64,000 nucleotides of DNA from Asterias rubens (lineage: Eukaryota). A program made the translations under genes and the position numbers. The DNA lies in contig NC_047083.1 in assembly GCF_902459465.1 (NCBI RefSeq), forward strand, positions 992,001 through 1,056,000, written 5' to 3'. Below are positions 31,443 through 44,400 of this stretch, one piece after another. How positions within the stretch are numbered: position 1 is the first letter of the stretch; each line of letters begins with the position of its first letter. Below the pieces are notes generated by a model, which did no database searches, was not told the origin of the DNA, and saw only the letters and a list, made by a program, of their open reading frames with translations.

Positions 31443-34400
31443 GTCTACTTCAAATCAAACTTCCCTTTCTTTCTCAGCCGATAGTACCGTCTCGACGGCC
31501 AATTAACAAATTCCACACACCCAGGGTGTCGAAAGATGTCAAGCGTGACACTGGATAAGCTTCGAAATTCCTGCGACGCAAAGTTTCCCAGTGCCACTAT
31601 TTAAAATGTACATTTGCCATGTCCATGGAAGCAGCCATTTTTTTTTGTGGGTGTGTGTGTTGTTTCAAAACTCAACTAATTGCCGTCACAGGCCAGCTGG
31701 GCTATGCGCCCGCGCACCCGCGCACCCGCGCGCCCGGCCCGGCATCTTGGCGTGGATTTTAGCATGGGCAATAAATTGTTTGTTTATTTTTTTTAACAAA
31801 GCAGACTTTGCAATTTTTAGAGCTTTAGCTTTGCTGTGGATAGATTGTAATCAATGTTGCAATTTCATTTTAACTTAGTAAAACAAAAACTTGAGACACA
31901 ACAAAACAAAACAAAAACCCGAATGGGTCAACCCACATTTGTTTTTATCATGTTTTTGCTGGAACTAGCTGTCAATGTCTGGTTTTGCACATAAATTTGT
32001 GCTCAATTTTGTTTTGTACATTTTTCTAATTTATGGTAATTGACTTTAACGTAACAAACTACAGTTTGCATTGATAGAGTAGGTCTCTAAAAATAGTGTA
32101 GATTTTTTCTATTGCTTTCTAATTATTCATTGCAGGAGTGGTCACTTCCCTTTCCAAATTTAGTATGTGTTTTTTTTTGGGGGGGGGGCAAAAAAGGTAG
32201 ATGGCGCTATCTCTTTATGATTTATTTATTGTTTGTCATTCAACCGATTCCTTCAAAGTGATTTTTACAGTCACAATACATTCCTTTTGTTTTCCAATTC
32301 AGAACTTCCCACCGTAATTAAAACCATTATTGTTTACACTATTATTCAAATGAATAAACTTGCAAAAATAAAACAAGAAAACGCCAAATGACTGTTGCAA
32401 GTTTATTAAGTCTGACATAGTGTAGTCTGATACCAATGATGATGTCTCTGCCACATGGAAATTCAACGCTTTGACTTCCTCAGATAAACCGGTAGGTTGC
32501 TAGGTACCAGATGAACACCTGATGTAAAATTCAGCATTGTATTTTAACGGAGCACGCACGTTGCACGCACTCTCCATCCATCATCGTCTAGCTAGCTCCG
32601 TGTGTGTCGCCAGTATCTTTGGTGTCACCCTTTCGTGTATTGTGGTAATATGTATTCACCGTTAATATTTTGGTAGACGCTCGTACGGACGTACGTGTGT
32701 GGAGACAGAGTGGAAAGACACGGTAATTTTCCAGTTTTGTGAGTTTTATTATAAATAATGATAACGTATGTGTAATTATTAGAATGAAATGCACATGTGA
32801 CATAGTGTGCAAAATGCAGAATACGCAGTGGGTGGATAGATAGCTAGAGTAGAGGGGTACATACAGACAGTATGAGTATATAAAAAAATAAAAAAATAGG
32901 GATTGCTTGACGTGTCCACATGACCGGTGACCGTACCCACACACAGACTGGTGACACAGACAATGGCATTTGGAAGTTTCAAAAGGGATAACGGGTAACT
33001 TTCCGTACGAGGCCACCACTTTTTCGCTAATTTTTACAAAAAGGGATATCTCATTGAGGTAAATTAGATACTATATTATTTCATATCGTATGAAAAAGTG
33101 GTGGCGCCATACGGATACGGAAACTTTTCCACAACTTACACTTACTAAGACTTACACTTCTCCATGACTACAGTAAGGAAACTAAGACCTAATAACCCAA
33201 AATACCAGTTGATCGTCCGGATTTTTCAAAAAAGAGGAGGATGAGGACCTTACTATTTACTATTTACTATTTACTATTTTTTTCAAGATGGCCGCTAAGT
33301 ATTTCAAATCAAACAGGCCACCAATTCTTCAGTTTGAATCAACCGCAAACTTATTTCATGAGGATGTGTTAACAATAACACTAACAGGGTCGGATAACAC
33401 TCAAAAGATTTGCTGGTAGATGAAACAGACGATTACAAGTGTTCGAGAGCATCAAGTTAGATTTGGGAAAAGCTCCTAGGCCAGTCCTTTTGAAAAGATG
33501 GATAAAAAAAATATTTAAAAAACTATTTTACTGGGTCTAGAATTGAGCCACCCCTCTTCATGGTTGTGCTGCACGTACAAATCATGGACTCAGTGGGCTT
33601 TCTTTGTAATATTTAATAATGTGATGTCAAACTTACAGAGGTCACATGTTCTATTCACGAATTGAGAAACCTGTGGGATCGCCACCTTGAGTTTGAGCAA
33701 ATCATTTGCATTATTATCTTTTTCCGTTCCTAAATACAGATTAAGATCTTATCATATTTAGCCCAAGCTTAAGAAACTTCATCCTTTTTTAAGCTTCAGC
33801 ATTGTTACATAACTTTAATCAAACATCTCTAAATAATCAATACTTATCTATGGGTCAAAGAAAGAACATGACTTAGGAATTAAACAATGTATTTTATCTA
33901 ACATTGTTACTATAAAAAGAATATTCGCAGCTAAATTTAGAGCGTCTAGGATCTAAATTGAGAATTGTAAATATAATGTTTTAAATAAAGCTTCTTAATA
34001 TTTTCAGCAAATTGGCGGGTTGATAAACTTTTAAAATAAATGAAGGTTGCTACCAGTATAAAATTGTTTTATTTTTGATGGTCATCAAAAACATGAGGGT
34101 AGTCAAACACAATGCTCAGCAGCCCCCCGTGATCTGCTGGTAAATTTTGCATATTCTTTTAATAAAAGCAGTAAAAGTAGCTGTTGAAAAATGCTTGCCT
34201 GCCAGAATGCCAAGGCCAGACATTGACCATAGAATAAACCTTCTTTTGGGATACATGGCGCCACAACACACCTGAACAGGATCTTAAGTGTACATCAAGT
34301 AGTCTGGTGGAACAATTATCATCTTGGCCTAAAAAACGTCGGGGTCGAAACGTCAGGCCGTTAAAGGAAAGGTACACCTTTGGTAATTGTCAAAGACCAG

Positions 34401-35225
34401 TCTTCTCACTTGGTCTATCCCAACATTTAAGCATAAAATAACAAGACTGAAAATTTTTGCTAAATTGGTTAAATCGAAGTTGCGAGAAAATGATGAGAGA
34501 AAAAACACACTTGTTGGACGAATTAAGACTTCTGGCTAGAAGTCATTTATTATTTTAGTGAAAAATTACATCTGTCTCAAAATCTATGCTACTTCAAAGG
34601 GAGCCGTTTCTCTTAATGTTTTATACTATCAACAGCTCTCCAATGCTCGTAACCAAGTCGGTTTTTAAGTTAGTATTTGTTTTGAGTAGTTACCAAATGT
34701 GTACTGTTTTTTGGGGTGGCTTTTCATTTTTTTTTTAGTGACACATTCAAGTTGGACTCTGAACAAGCTGTCAATTGATTGTACTGTTATATCCTGTGTC
34801 GCAATGACTGACCCACAAAAGTTAACGCAAATATTACCAAGATACATTATCAATCAGGTATTGTTGGGTATTGAAAACTTAATCCACTGAAGTAGCCGCC
34901 CTCCCATGTGAATTAATTACTAGCACAAATACAAAAACATAGACTTGTCTAATTTTTGTTAGTTTGACCTGCCAGCTACCTCCATGGTTTAATAGCATGT
35001 TGTTTCCTGTTTTTTTTTTATGATTCTGAGCTTGCGACAATTCTTCGGTAATACATAATACAGTAATAAATTATTTGTGAACAAATTAACGTTGAAGCAA
35101 ACTTAACACTTCAGACGAAGATTTAGGAATCCCATATGCCACTTACCTATTTTACCGTAATATGTTGCAAAGCAAAACGTTACTTTCCTAACAAGAAGAT
35201 ATAATTTTTAAATAAACTATGTTAA

Positions 35226-35698
35226 AGCCATTGGACACTTTCGGTAATTAGTATTGTCCAAAGGCCCATACTTCGTGTATCACAACTTATATATTAAATA
35301 ACAAATCTGCGAAAATTTAGGCTCAATCGGTCATCGGAGTCGGGAGAAAATAACGGGAAAACCCACCCTTGTTTCCGCACGTTTCGCAGTGTCATGACAT
35401 GTGTTTAAAACAAATCCGTTATCCTCGATATTGAGAATTGATATTGTTTTACTGTTTTCTTAAAAAGTAAAGCATTTCATGGAATAATATTTCAAGAGAA
35501 GTCTTTCACAATTACCTTCTGTAAACCCTGTAAGTTATTTGTAAATCTGTGAACTTTTTTTTTTTTTTTTTCTGTTCCGAAAGTGTCTTTAAAGCCATTG
35601 GACACTTTCGGTAAACAGTATTGTCCAAGTCCCACACTTCGTGTATCACAACTTATACATAAAATAGCAAACATGTGAAAATTTAGGCTCAATCGGTC
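35226..35698. mobile_element. TTAA-TSD MITE family K3, one full copy plus a head-to-tail partial copy
   Basis: AGCCATTGGACACTTTCGG start at 35226 and again at 35593; the two copies share the TTAA at 35589-35592. Confidence 0.7.
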
Positions 35699-35721
35699 GA
35701 GGTACAGGGGTTGGATTTATG

Positions 35722-36960
35722 CAATTCTCCTGAAAATATTGCTAAGATTTGCACTTTTTTTCCCCCATAAAAACTTGACGATTTAGCTTAAACGTTCTAC
35801 TTGTAAGTATATGCAATGAGGTATCAAAACCCTATTGCACAGCAAATCAGATATTTATTTAATAGCCGGAAAAACCTATAAAATACATGTACCGCAACTC
35901 TCCTGAAAATATTGCTATGTGATTTGCACTTTTTTTTCCCCCCATAAAAACTTGACGATTTAGCTTAAACGTTCTACTTGTAAGTTTATGCAATGAGGTA
36001 TCAAAACCCTATTGCACAGAAAATCAGATATTTATTTAATAGCGGGAAAAACCTATAAAATACATGTACAGCAACTCTCCTGAAAATATTGCTATGTGAT
36101 TCGCACTTTTTGTGAAAATATTGCTATGTGATTTGCACTTTTTTTTTTCCCCCATAAAAACTTGACGGCTAAGCTTAAAGGCAGTGGACACTATTGGTAA
36201 TCGTCAAAATCCAGTCTTCTCATTTGGTGTATCTCAACATGTACATAAAATAACAAACCTGTGAAAATTTGAGCTCAATTGGTCGTCGGAGTTGCGAGAT
36301 AACTATGAAAGAAAAAACACCCTTGTCACACGAAGTTGTGTACTTTCAGATGCTTGATTTCGAGACCTCAAGTTCTCAACTTGAGGTCTCGAAATCAAAT
36401 TCCTTCTTTATTGAAAACTACATCACTTCAGAGGGAGCCTTTTCTCACAAGGTTTTATACTATTAACCTCTCCCTATTACTACTTACAAATTAAGGGTTT
36501 ATGCTAATAATTATTTTGAGAAGTTACCAATAGTGTCCACTGCCTTTAAACGTTTTACTTGTAAACATTTATTACAGGGAATCATGTATTGGCCCAAAAC
36601 TTTACGTATGCAATGACGTATCAAAACTCTTTACATAGCAAATCAGACATTTATTTATCAGCCGGAAAAGCCTATACAAAACATATAACTCTCCTGTGAT
36701 TTTCACTTTTTTCCCCATGAAAACTTGACGGCTAAGCTTTTACGTTCTACAGGTAAAAAGTATAGGGGGGCCTGTAATAGGGATTCATGTATTGTCCAAA
36801 AACTTTTTTATATGCAATGAGGTATTAAAACATTTTTTTAACAGCCAATAAAACCTATAAAAAACGTGAAACTCTCCTGAAAGTATTGCTTTGTGATATT
36901 CACTTTTTTCCCCCATAAAAACTTAAGCTGAAACTTCTACAGGCAAATACATTATATTCT
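35722..36960. repeat. Tandem satellite, ~173-185-bp unit, about 5-6 diverging copies
   Basis: Unit starts (AACTCTCCTG) near 35722, 35895, 36072, 36687 and 36869; interrupted by K1 at 36179-36545. Confidence 0.85.
36179..36545. mobile_element. MITE K1 inserted in a satellite unit
   Basis: Filled site agcTTAA-[AGGCAGTGGACAC...GTGTCCACTGCCT]-TTAAacg; sister units show the empty site agcTTAAacg. Confidence 0.88.
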
Positions 36961-37524
36961 TGATTCAAAATTAGTAGGGATGCATGATGTCGTGGCCAGA
37001 AACTTTGTGCAATATGTCTCTTAATTGAGTTAGGTCACAGGTTTTAGGCGCAGCCCCTGCAAGTGGTGGTGGGCTTGCACCTATAGCCTCATTTTGGGTA
37101 AGAATTATCATGCATGAATATTAAGAGAAGCGTATAAGGAATCAACACCTTTTATTCGTAAGTCGGATTTTCTAAAAACCATCAAACTTCATTTTTAATA
37201 GCCGGAAAAGCCTATAAAAACTTATGTACCTTGTCCACTTTTTTTTTTTTCTAATGACTAATACTTGACTTCTTGACTCTACATTCTAGATCTGTCAACT
37301 AAATTGCTGGTATTCATAAAAAAATCATAAAAACAGCTGAAAACCCATTGCTGCAATTTGACAACCTTACATTGGACTCAAGGGCTTGTCAGCTGAGCTG
37401 TGTATGCAAACAAACACTGCAGTGACTTGGTCAAGTCTATGTTTTTTTCATGGATGTAATATGGTGCTTTATATTTCTATTGGTCTAAATGTGATTGATA
37501 GACAGCTGGAGGGAGGGCTCTGAC

Positions 37525-38106
37525 TATAAAACCCGAACCTAGGAAGCAAGGGTCTTTAAACCAGTTTGTCTAGCCGCTTGGGGGTACGCCATTGTTCTAG
37601 CTTGGTACGGATCACTTGACCGATATTGAAATAGTTACGACACAACGTTTCAAAAGTATGATGAGGTGATTGTGTTGCAAGGCTGTTTGTAGACACAGCT
37701 AGTGAATTCATATGTGAGGTGATTGTGTACGGTTTTTCGCGAGAGAGACTTTGGTGGTGTTAACTTGACTTTTCGTCAACGGGATTTTGTTATCGTCGGA
37801 AGAACTTGATCATCAGTAAACAATTTTCAACAGAACGGTGAAGTTGCCTTTTGGTCCGTTGATGAAGCTTGTAAAGTATCAATAGACTTGACTTGGTCAT
37901 CATCCTAGAAAGTCTAGTAGTCGTCTGATCAATTTCTATCAACGAACTGTTTTGCGAGCAAGGTACAACTTTGCTTGAACTTTCTTTCTGAACTTTGTGG
38001 AGACAGTTCTTTGAGAATAATGCCTGCATTTGCTGAGGGAGATGGTTCGGTTGGGAGTAAAGACGTTTCCGTGCGAAAAAAGGAGATTAATAGCAGTTGG
38101 GACATG
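37525..38106 (+). other. Candidate FAR first exon with TATA box and in-frame 29-aa N-terminal extension
   Basis: TATAAAA at 37525. ATG 38020 is open to a strong donor ATG/GTAAGT at 38107 and is in phase 0 with the exon starting at 38471. Confidence 0.55.
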
Positions 38107-38274
38107 GTAAGTGGTGCTACGAGCAGCTGTGAAGTTTTGTTGCGTGAGTTTGGTTGGGAAATTATGAGAGGATCTCGGACCATTTCACACCAAACCAATC
38201 TTCAGAATATAAGGCAATGACTTTGGGGGTATGGAGGCAATCACCTTTATTGCCTCCAAGAAGTATTGGTGCTC

Positions 38275-38418
38275 TATTTTACAAAGCAATAAAATCTGTC
38301 GTAAGACAAATTTTCAGTATCACCATATAGTGAATTGTATTGTGACATCACACTTTACTAAGCAACTATGATTGATTAGCAGTTAAGATCAATCTTAGCT
38401 CTTTGTGAAACCGACCCC
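38275..38418. mobile_element. MITE family P3 (GGGCCGATTTCACAAAG-type TIR)
   Basis: Colinear with the copy at 52206-52353; related TIRs at about 60492-60692. Confidence 0.72.
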
Positions 38419-38470
38419 AGGCCTAAGTTGAATTTTATGCTTAAATTTCTTTTTATTCCAATTTTTACAG

Positions 38471-41400
38471 ATGGCAAATAACAACACAATGCCCTCCATT
38501 GCGGAGTTCTTTGCTGACAAGTCCATCTTCGTCACGGGAGCTACCGGTTTTATCGGGAAAGTCTTGGTTGAGAAGCTTCTTAGATCTTGCCCAGCGGTGA
38601 AAGAAATCTTCCTCCTGGTCCGGCCGAAGGCGGGGCAGGCTGCTAAATCAAGAATTGAAGATATCACTTCTTGCAAGGTAAGAAAGTAAACTAGCACATT
38701 CATTTTTTTTCAAGAATCAATATTTTCGGTTTGAACAAAGGAAAGTTGAGTGGAACGGGACTTGAACCACGACCTCCTATTGACGCTGGCAAAGAAAGAC
38801 AAAACAAATCAAAATTGATACAAGTTTTTGTACACATCCCTTGGGTTGCGGATAAAACCACATTTGATATTAATGTAGAATAATTGAGTGTAGAATTTAA
38901 GGATCGTGTATGTATTCACTGCTTGGAGGATGTTGAAGGGGAAGTTAATTTCACTTGTTTTTGCTAATGTTTACTGTATTAAAGGCTGTGGACACTATTG
39001 GTAATTACTCAAAATAATTATTAGCATAAAACCTTTCTTGGTAACGAGTAATGGGGAGAGGTTGATAGTATAAAACATTGTGAGAAACAGCTCCCTCTGA
39101 AAAGATGTAGTTTTCAATAAAGACGTAATTTTCACGAAGATTTAGAACTTTAGGTCTTGATTTAGAACTTGAAGACTTAAAATCAAGCATCTGAAAGCAC
39201 ACAACTTCGTGTGACAAGGGTTTTTTTTCTTTCATTATTTCTCGCAACTTCGATGACCGATTGAGCTCAAATTTTCACAGGTTTGTTATTTTATGCATAT
39301 GTTGAGATACACCAACTGTGAAGACTAGTCTTTGAGAATTACCAGTAGTGTTCAGTGGCTTTAAGAAAGAAATTGTATGATACCATGGGTCAAAGTTACA
39401 CAGATTTTAGTATGCTAACGGAGAATGACATTACATGATTTGTGTTGCGAAGTACATATTTTCTGCTTTTAAGTTAAATGAAAGCCAAACATAAATTAAT
39501 ATTTGTTCTTGCTAACCTTTCCTTCTTTGTTGTGTTATAAATTTAATTTTTGTTATTGTTGTACATGTAACCATTCCCCAGGAAGAAAAAAATTGAGACA
39601 ATACAAATTTGATTTATTTTGATTGTGTAATTTTTCAGATGTTCGACAAATTGAAAAATGAACAGCCGGACAGCTTGAAAAAGCTGGTGGTTGTAGAGGG
39701 CGACATTCAGGAGCCGAATCTCGGTATTTCAGAGGAGGATACTGCAAGACTTCATAATGAAGTATCTGTCGTATATCACAGCGCCGCAACCGTCAAATTT
39801 GATGAAAAACTAAGGTGAGTTTTAGTCCGATTTTTGGCTGATTTGACCCAAAAATTAGATTGCAAAATAGAAATTTTTTAAAGACACTGGACACTATTGG
39901 TAATTGTTAAAGACCAGTCTTCTCACTTAATGTATCTCAACATATGCATAAAATAACCAACCTGTGAAAATTTCAGCTCAATTGGTCGTTGATGTTGCGA
40001 GATAACTATGGAAGAATAAAATACCCTCATCACACAAAGTTGTGTGCTTTCAGATGCTTGATTTCGAGACCTCAAGTTCTAAATCTTCGTGGAAAATTAC
40101 ATCTTTATTGAAAACTATGTCTTTTCAGAGGGAGCCGTTTCTCACAATGTTTTATACCATCAACTTCTCCCCATTACTCGTTACCAAGTAAGGTTTTATG
40201 CTAATAATTATTTTGAGTAATTACCAATAGTGTCCACTGCCATTAACTAATGAAAGATATTTAAGCTTTCATTGACCTGTCAAAACTTGCAGTTCTTTTA
40301 ATCTACACTCAAAAACCAAACAACATTCTTTATCCTGATGCAAGTTTAACATCTTGTAATTGATGTCTGGGATTTTTATGTTTTTGGGTTTTTTTTTTTT
40401 TTGGGGGGGGGGGGTTGTTTCTCACTTCAGTCTACCGTGCACCCAACAACCCTGAAAGACAAGACGTAACCTCGAAAAAGTTATTTCCCAAAATGAGCCT
40501 ATCAATGTTTGGCTTCTAGATTAGGATAAAATTATTGATTGTCAGTCCTATATTTAGAAGCCGGGTAACATTAAACAAATTTGGTTATCAGTGGTTTTTT
40601 TACTTTAATCTATGGGATTAAAAACAATATCTCAAATAGTTATCTCATAAAGCCATCACCGCTGCTTAACTGATGACTATGTACAGGCGTGTGAGCTTCC
40701 TTTTTGAAAGGGCAAGGGCACCAAGGCATTTTTTCCTTGGTAAAGGGCACCCTATAAGGAAAGTTTAAATTTCTACTGTAGCATTTCAAGGGCACCAAGG
40801 CAAGGACCAGGGGGCATGGAGGCAATCGTCTTCGTTGCCTCGTTGAAGTATCAAGCCTGTATGTATCTTGTTTAGTTGAGTTGCTCAAAAGCTTCTAAAG
40901 TTTTGTTTTTTGAAATGTTTCTGTAAAAGGTTGTTCTTAAGCAGCTGTAAATTAGGCAGGGATTTTAAACTTTAATTCCAGATTCTCCTTTAACCCCCCC
41001 CCCTGCACAAGAGCCATAATAACATATTTGTAACCAATTGCCTGTTGTTCAAATGATCATCATAAACAGTTGTTCCGATTTTTAGTTTACTTGTTGTAGA
41101 AGTCGAGAGGAAAAAATTGACTCTTAGTTCTGTTTTGGAAGTTCAACTTTTTGCTTAATAGAGTTTTCTGCTTTCTCTTTACAGCCTTGCTTTGAAATTG
41201 AACGTTGGTTCTGTTCAGAAGATGGTTGCGCTTTGTCACGGCATGAAGAAACTTGAGGTAGCTATTTCCAAGTTTTATTTCTGTAATCCTTGAGTGATTT
41301 CTCCCCTTTTAGGTTTACCCTTCTACTCAAGGATTCACTTTAGAATTCACTTTAGAATTCACGACTGAATCTTTTCGATTTAACTCTTTCTTTTTGTATA

Positions 41401-44400
41401 CTAAAAGTCACTCGTGGTAAGACTACAAGAGAAAAATCTCCAGAAGACGATCAGAGCATACTGATCGAAACGTCGAGTTGAAACCAACAATTCTTTTCAG
41501 AACCACCCCAACTCATTAGAGATAGTCATTACATGATGTTACCGCAAACCTTTCTATATGGTATTTCCACCATGCAAAGTTTCAAATCCTACTTAAGAGA
41601 AAAAATTGGTGCACTAAAGAATTCATGGCTTGAACTTTTCTATTTTTGCCCTCATTCTGTTTTTGCTTAGGCCACTATTGGTAAAAGCCACTACAAGAAA
41701 AAACATCTTTGGTTAATAATTACATTAAGCTTTTTTTTTTAGCTTCAAATTTGCATCTTGAAGAGTTCCTTATTTTGCTTTTTGAGGCACCTGTGTACTC
41801 CTAGGCGAAGATAAGCAATTAATGCTGTATCTTGCCCAAAGGAAGAAGCATATTAGACCTTTATCATGATGCGACCATCTTGATTTTTTCCCATTCAAAT
41901 CAGTGTAACCAAACCAAGGTTGGAAGGAGAAAACGTCTGGTTCCTTTTTGTACAATGAATGTTGCATCATTTATAATGCTATAGGATACAAGAAACACGA
42001 CAAGATGGTGGCCGGGTGATAAATATCTATTGCCAAGATTCAAACCCAAACACACTCCTTTGTCTCAATAAACTTAAACCAAATGTTTGTGATGTTTGGG
42101 CTCAAGAGTTGCCGATACTATGTCAATGACTTGTCAGGGGAAATGGGCTTGAGTTTTTTCTTCTTATAATCCTTTCTGTTTTTTTGATAAACTAAAGGTT
42201 TTGGTCCATGTGTCCACGGCCTACGCAAACTGTGACCGAAAGCACATAGAAGAGGTAGTCTACCCACCACCTATGGACCCCTATAAACTCATGAACACAA
42301 CTGAGTAAGTAACCATGGCAACTTTTCTTCTTCTCATTTTGTCTCAGAAGGAAGAATGTAAGACCCAACCTTATCATTGTTTGAGTTTACATTTTTCTTC
42401 TAATTTTTTTTCTTCCAGATGGATGAGTGAAGAAATGATCACATCTATTACAACTAAGATCATAGGGAACCGACCCAACACGTACACCTTCACCAAGGCA
42501 CTAGCTGAGTATGTCTTGATGCAAGAAGGTGAGGGCCTACCCTTCTGCATCGTCAGACCGTCCATCGTCGGAGCTGCCTGGAAAGAACCACTGCCGGTAA
42601 AGAAATATTATTCAACCTAAAATGTTTATTGGTCGCAAATTTTTCGACTAGCCTGCTCTAGTCAGCATCAGAAAAAATATTTTGTAAACGATTTTTGTTT
42701 GTGGGTTCGAATCCCATCCGAGTATAAGCCTGTGATATTTTTTCACAGGACTCGGGGAAAGTACTGGGTATACAGTGCTAACACACATCGGTGTATGGGT
42801 AAAAGCCAAAAATTACTTTAAATTTCTTTCTTTTTCGTCAATCAGGGATGGATAGACAACTTTAATGGACCAAGCGGTCTCTTCATTGCAGTGAGTATTT
42901 TATTATAAAATTCTGTTAAAAAAAAAATGAATTTAAATAAACTGGTTTTTTAAATGTTTTTCTATTTATAGTGTTGGAAATGTTAAATAAATTGTGAATG
43001 CATTAGATCTCAGAAAGTATTCATTTTCTGTACCAAAACAAACCATTTTTTGGGAACACCCTTTTCTTTATCATGGAAATTTGTTTTGATTGGATTTAAA
43101 AACTTTTTTATTCAAATGTTTTTCTATTTATATAAATGTTTGTAATGTTCACAATTGATTGTTGTAATCCATGGCTACTTATCATTGAATTTTGTATTGA
43201 ATGAATTTAAAAAAAAACTGTTTTAAAAAAATGTTGTTTTATTAATAATGTTTGATATGTTTATAATTGATTGTTATAATCCATGTCTGCATTTCTACTT
43301 CTATTTGAATTTCACTTCTTCTTAATATTCTCCTCTTTATGTGTTGTTTTCCTAAAATCTTTATTGGATGATGTTATAACAACTGGTATTTTTAATTTGT
43401 ATTTCCTATTTTTAATTTTTTAATATTTAATAAATAACTTTCTTCTATCGAAGACTGGCCTAATTTTTACTTCTATTTTAATTCTACTTTTTCTAGGGTT
43501 TTACCTGCATGTGTTATCACATAATTATTGGCCTTAAAGGGGGTCAGATTGTAGTTCATATTCCTGTATTTAACTTTTTACTACAACAAAACAAAATTTA
43601 AGTAGCTTTTGCAAATTGCTTACCATCCAGGACATACAGTATAAGTGCAAAAACTAGGTAATGGTCTGACGTTGTCGACCATAGCAGGCTTAAAAATTGT
43701 AGTCTTTGAGAAAGACCAGGGTCAAAATGAAGGCCCATCAACTGTTTGTTGGTATTTATTAACTAATTAATTAACTATTTATTTATATATTTTTATGGGA
43801 ACACCTTTTTCTTAATCATTGAAATATGTATTGAATGAGTTTAAAAAACAAACTGTTTAATTCTAATGTTTTTCAATTTATAATGTTTGGAAATGATCAT
43901 GTCTTTTTGAGGTTTTAATTTTCTTTTTCACTTCTCCCTCTCCCCCCCCCCCCCCCTTCCCCGCCACACCCCTAGACTGGGATTGGAATGCTCCGATCCA
44001 TGTTAGGTAACATAGACGGTCTTGCGGACATCTCCCCAGTAGATTACGTCTGCAACCTGCTTATCGCTGCGTCTTGGCATACAGGAGTACACAGGTATGA
44101 ACCATCATTTGCCCCGTGAGGGCGCTCTTTTATTCGTTTGATACATTGATGACTAGCTCAACCCACAGCACACACAGCAACTGCTCTGGAAGCTTCCGAT
44201 ACACATTTACATTTTCCTTGATTTCGAGACATCAAATTCTAAATCTGAGGCCTCAAAATCAAATTCGTGTAAAATTACTTCTCTCTCGAAAACTACATTT
44301 ACTTTAGAGGGAGCCGTTTCTCGCAATGTTTTGTACTATCAACAGCTCTCCATTACTTGTAGCCAAGTAAATTTTTATGCCTAAAATTATTTTGAGTAAT

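Noticed and set aside
32588-33019. 143-aa minus-strand ORF between CCDC91 and FAR
   Set aside because: No recognisable domain, it starts at a non-ATG codon within a repeat segment, and its composition is UTR- or intron-like.
3548-43956. Long poly-C/poly-G tracts (e.g. 3548-3563, 3626-3644, 18064-18087, 26730-26747, 43942-43956) as a regulatory system
   Set aside because: Scattered homopolymers without consistent position; their lengths are also error-prone in assemblies.
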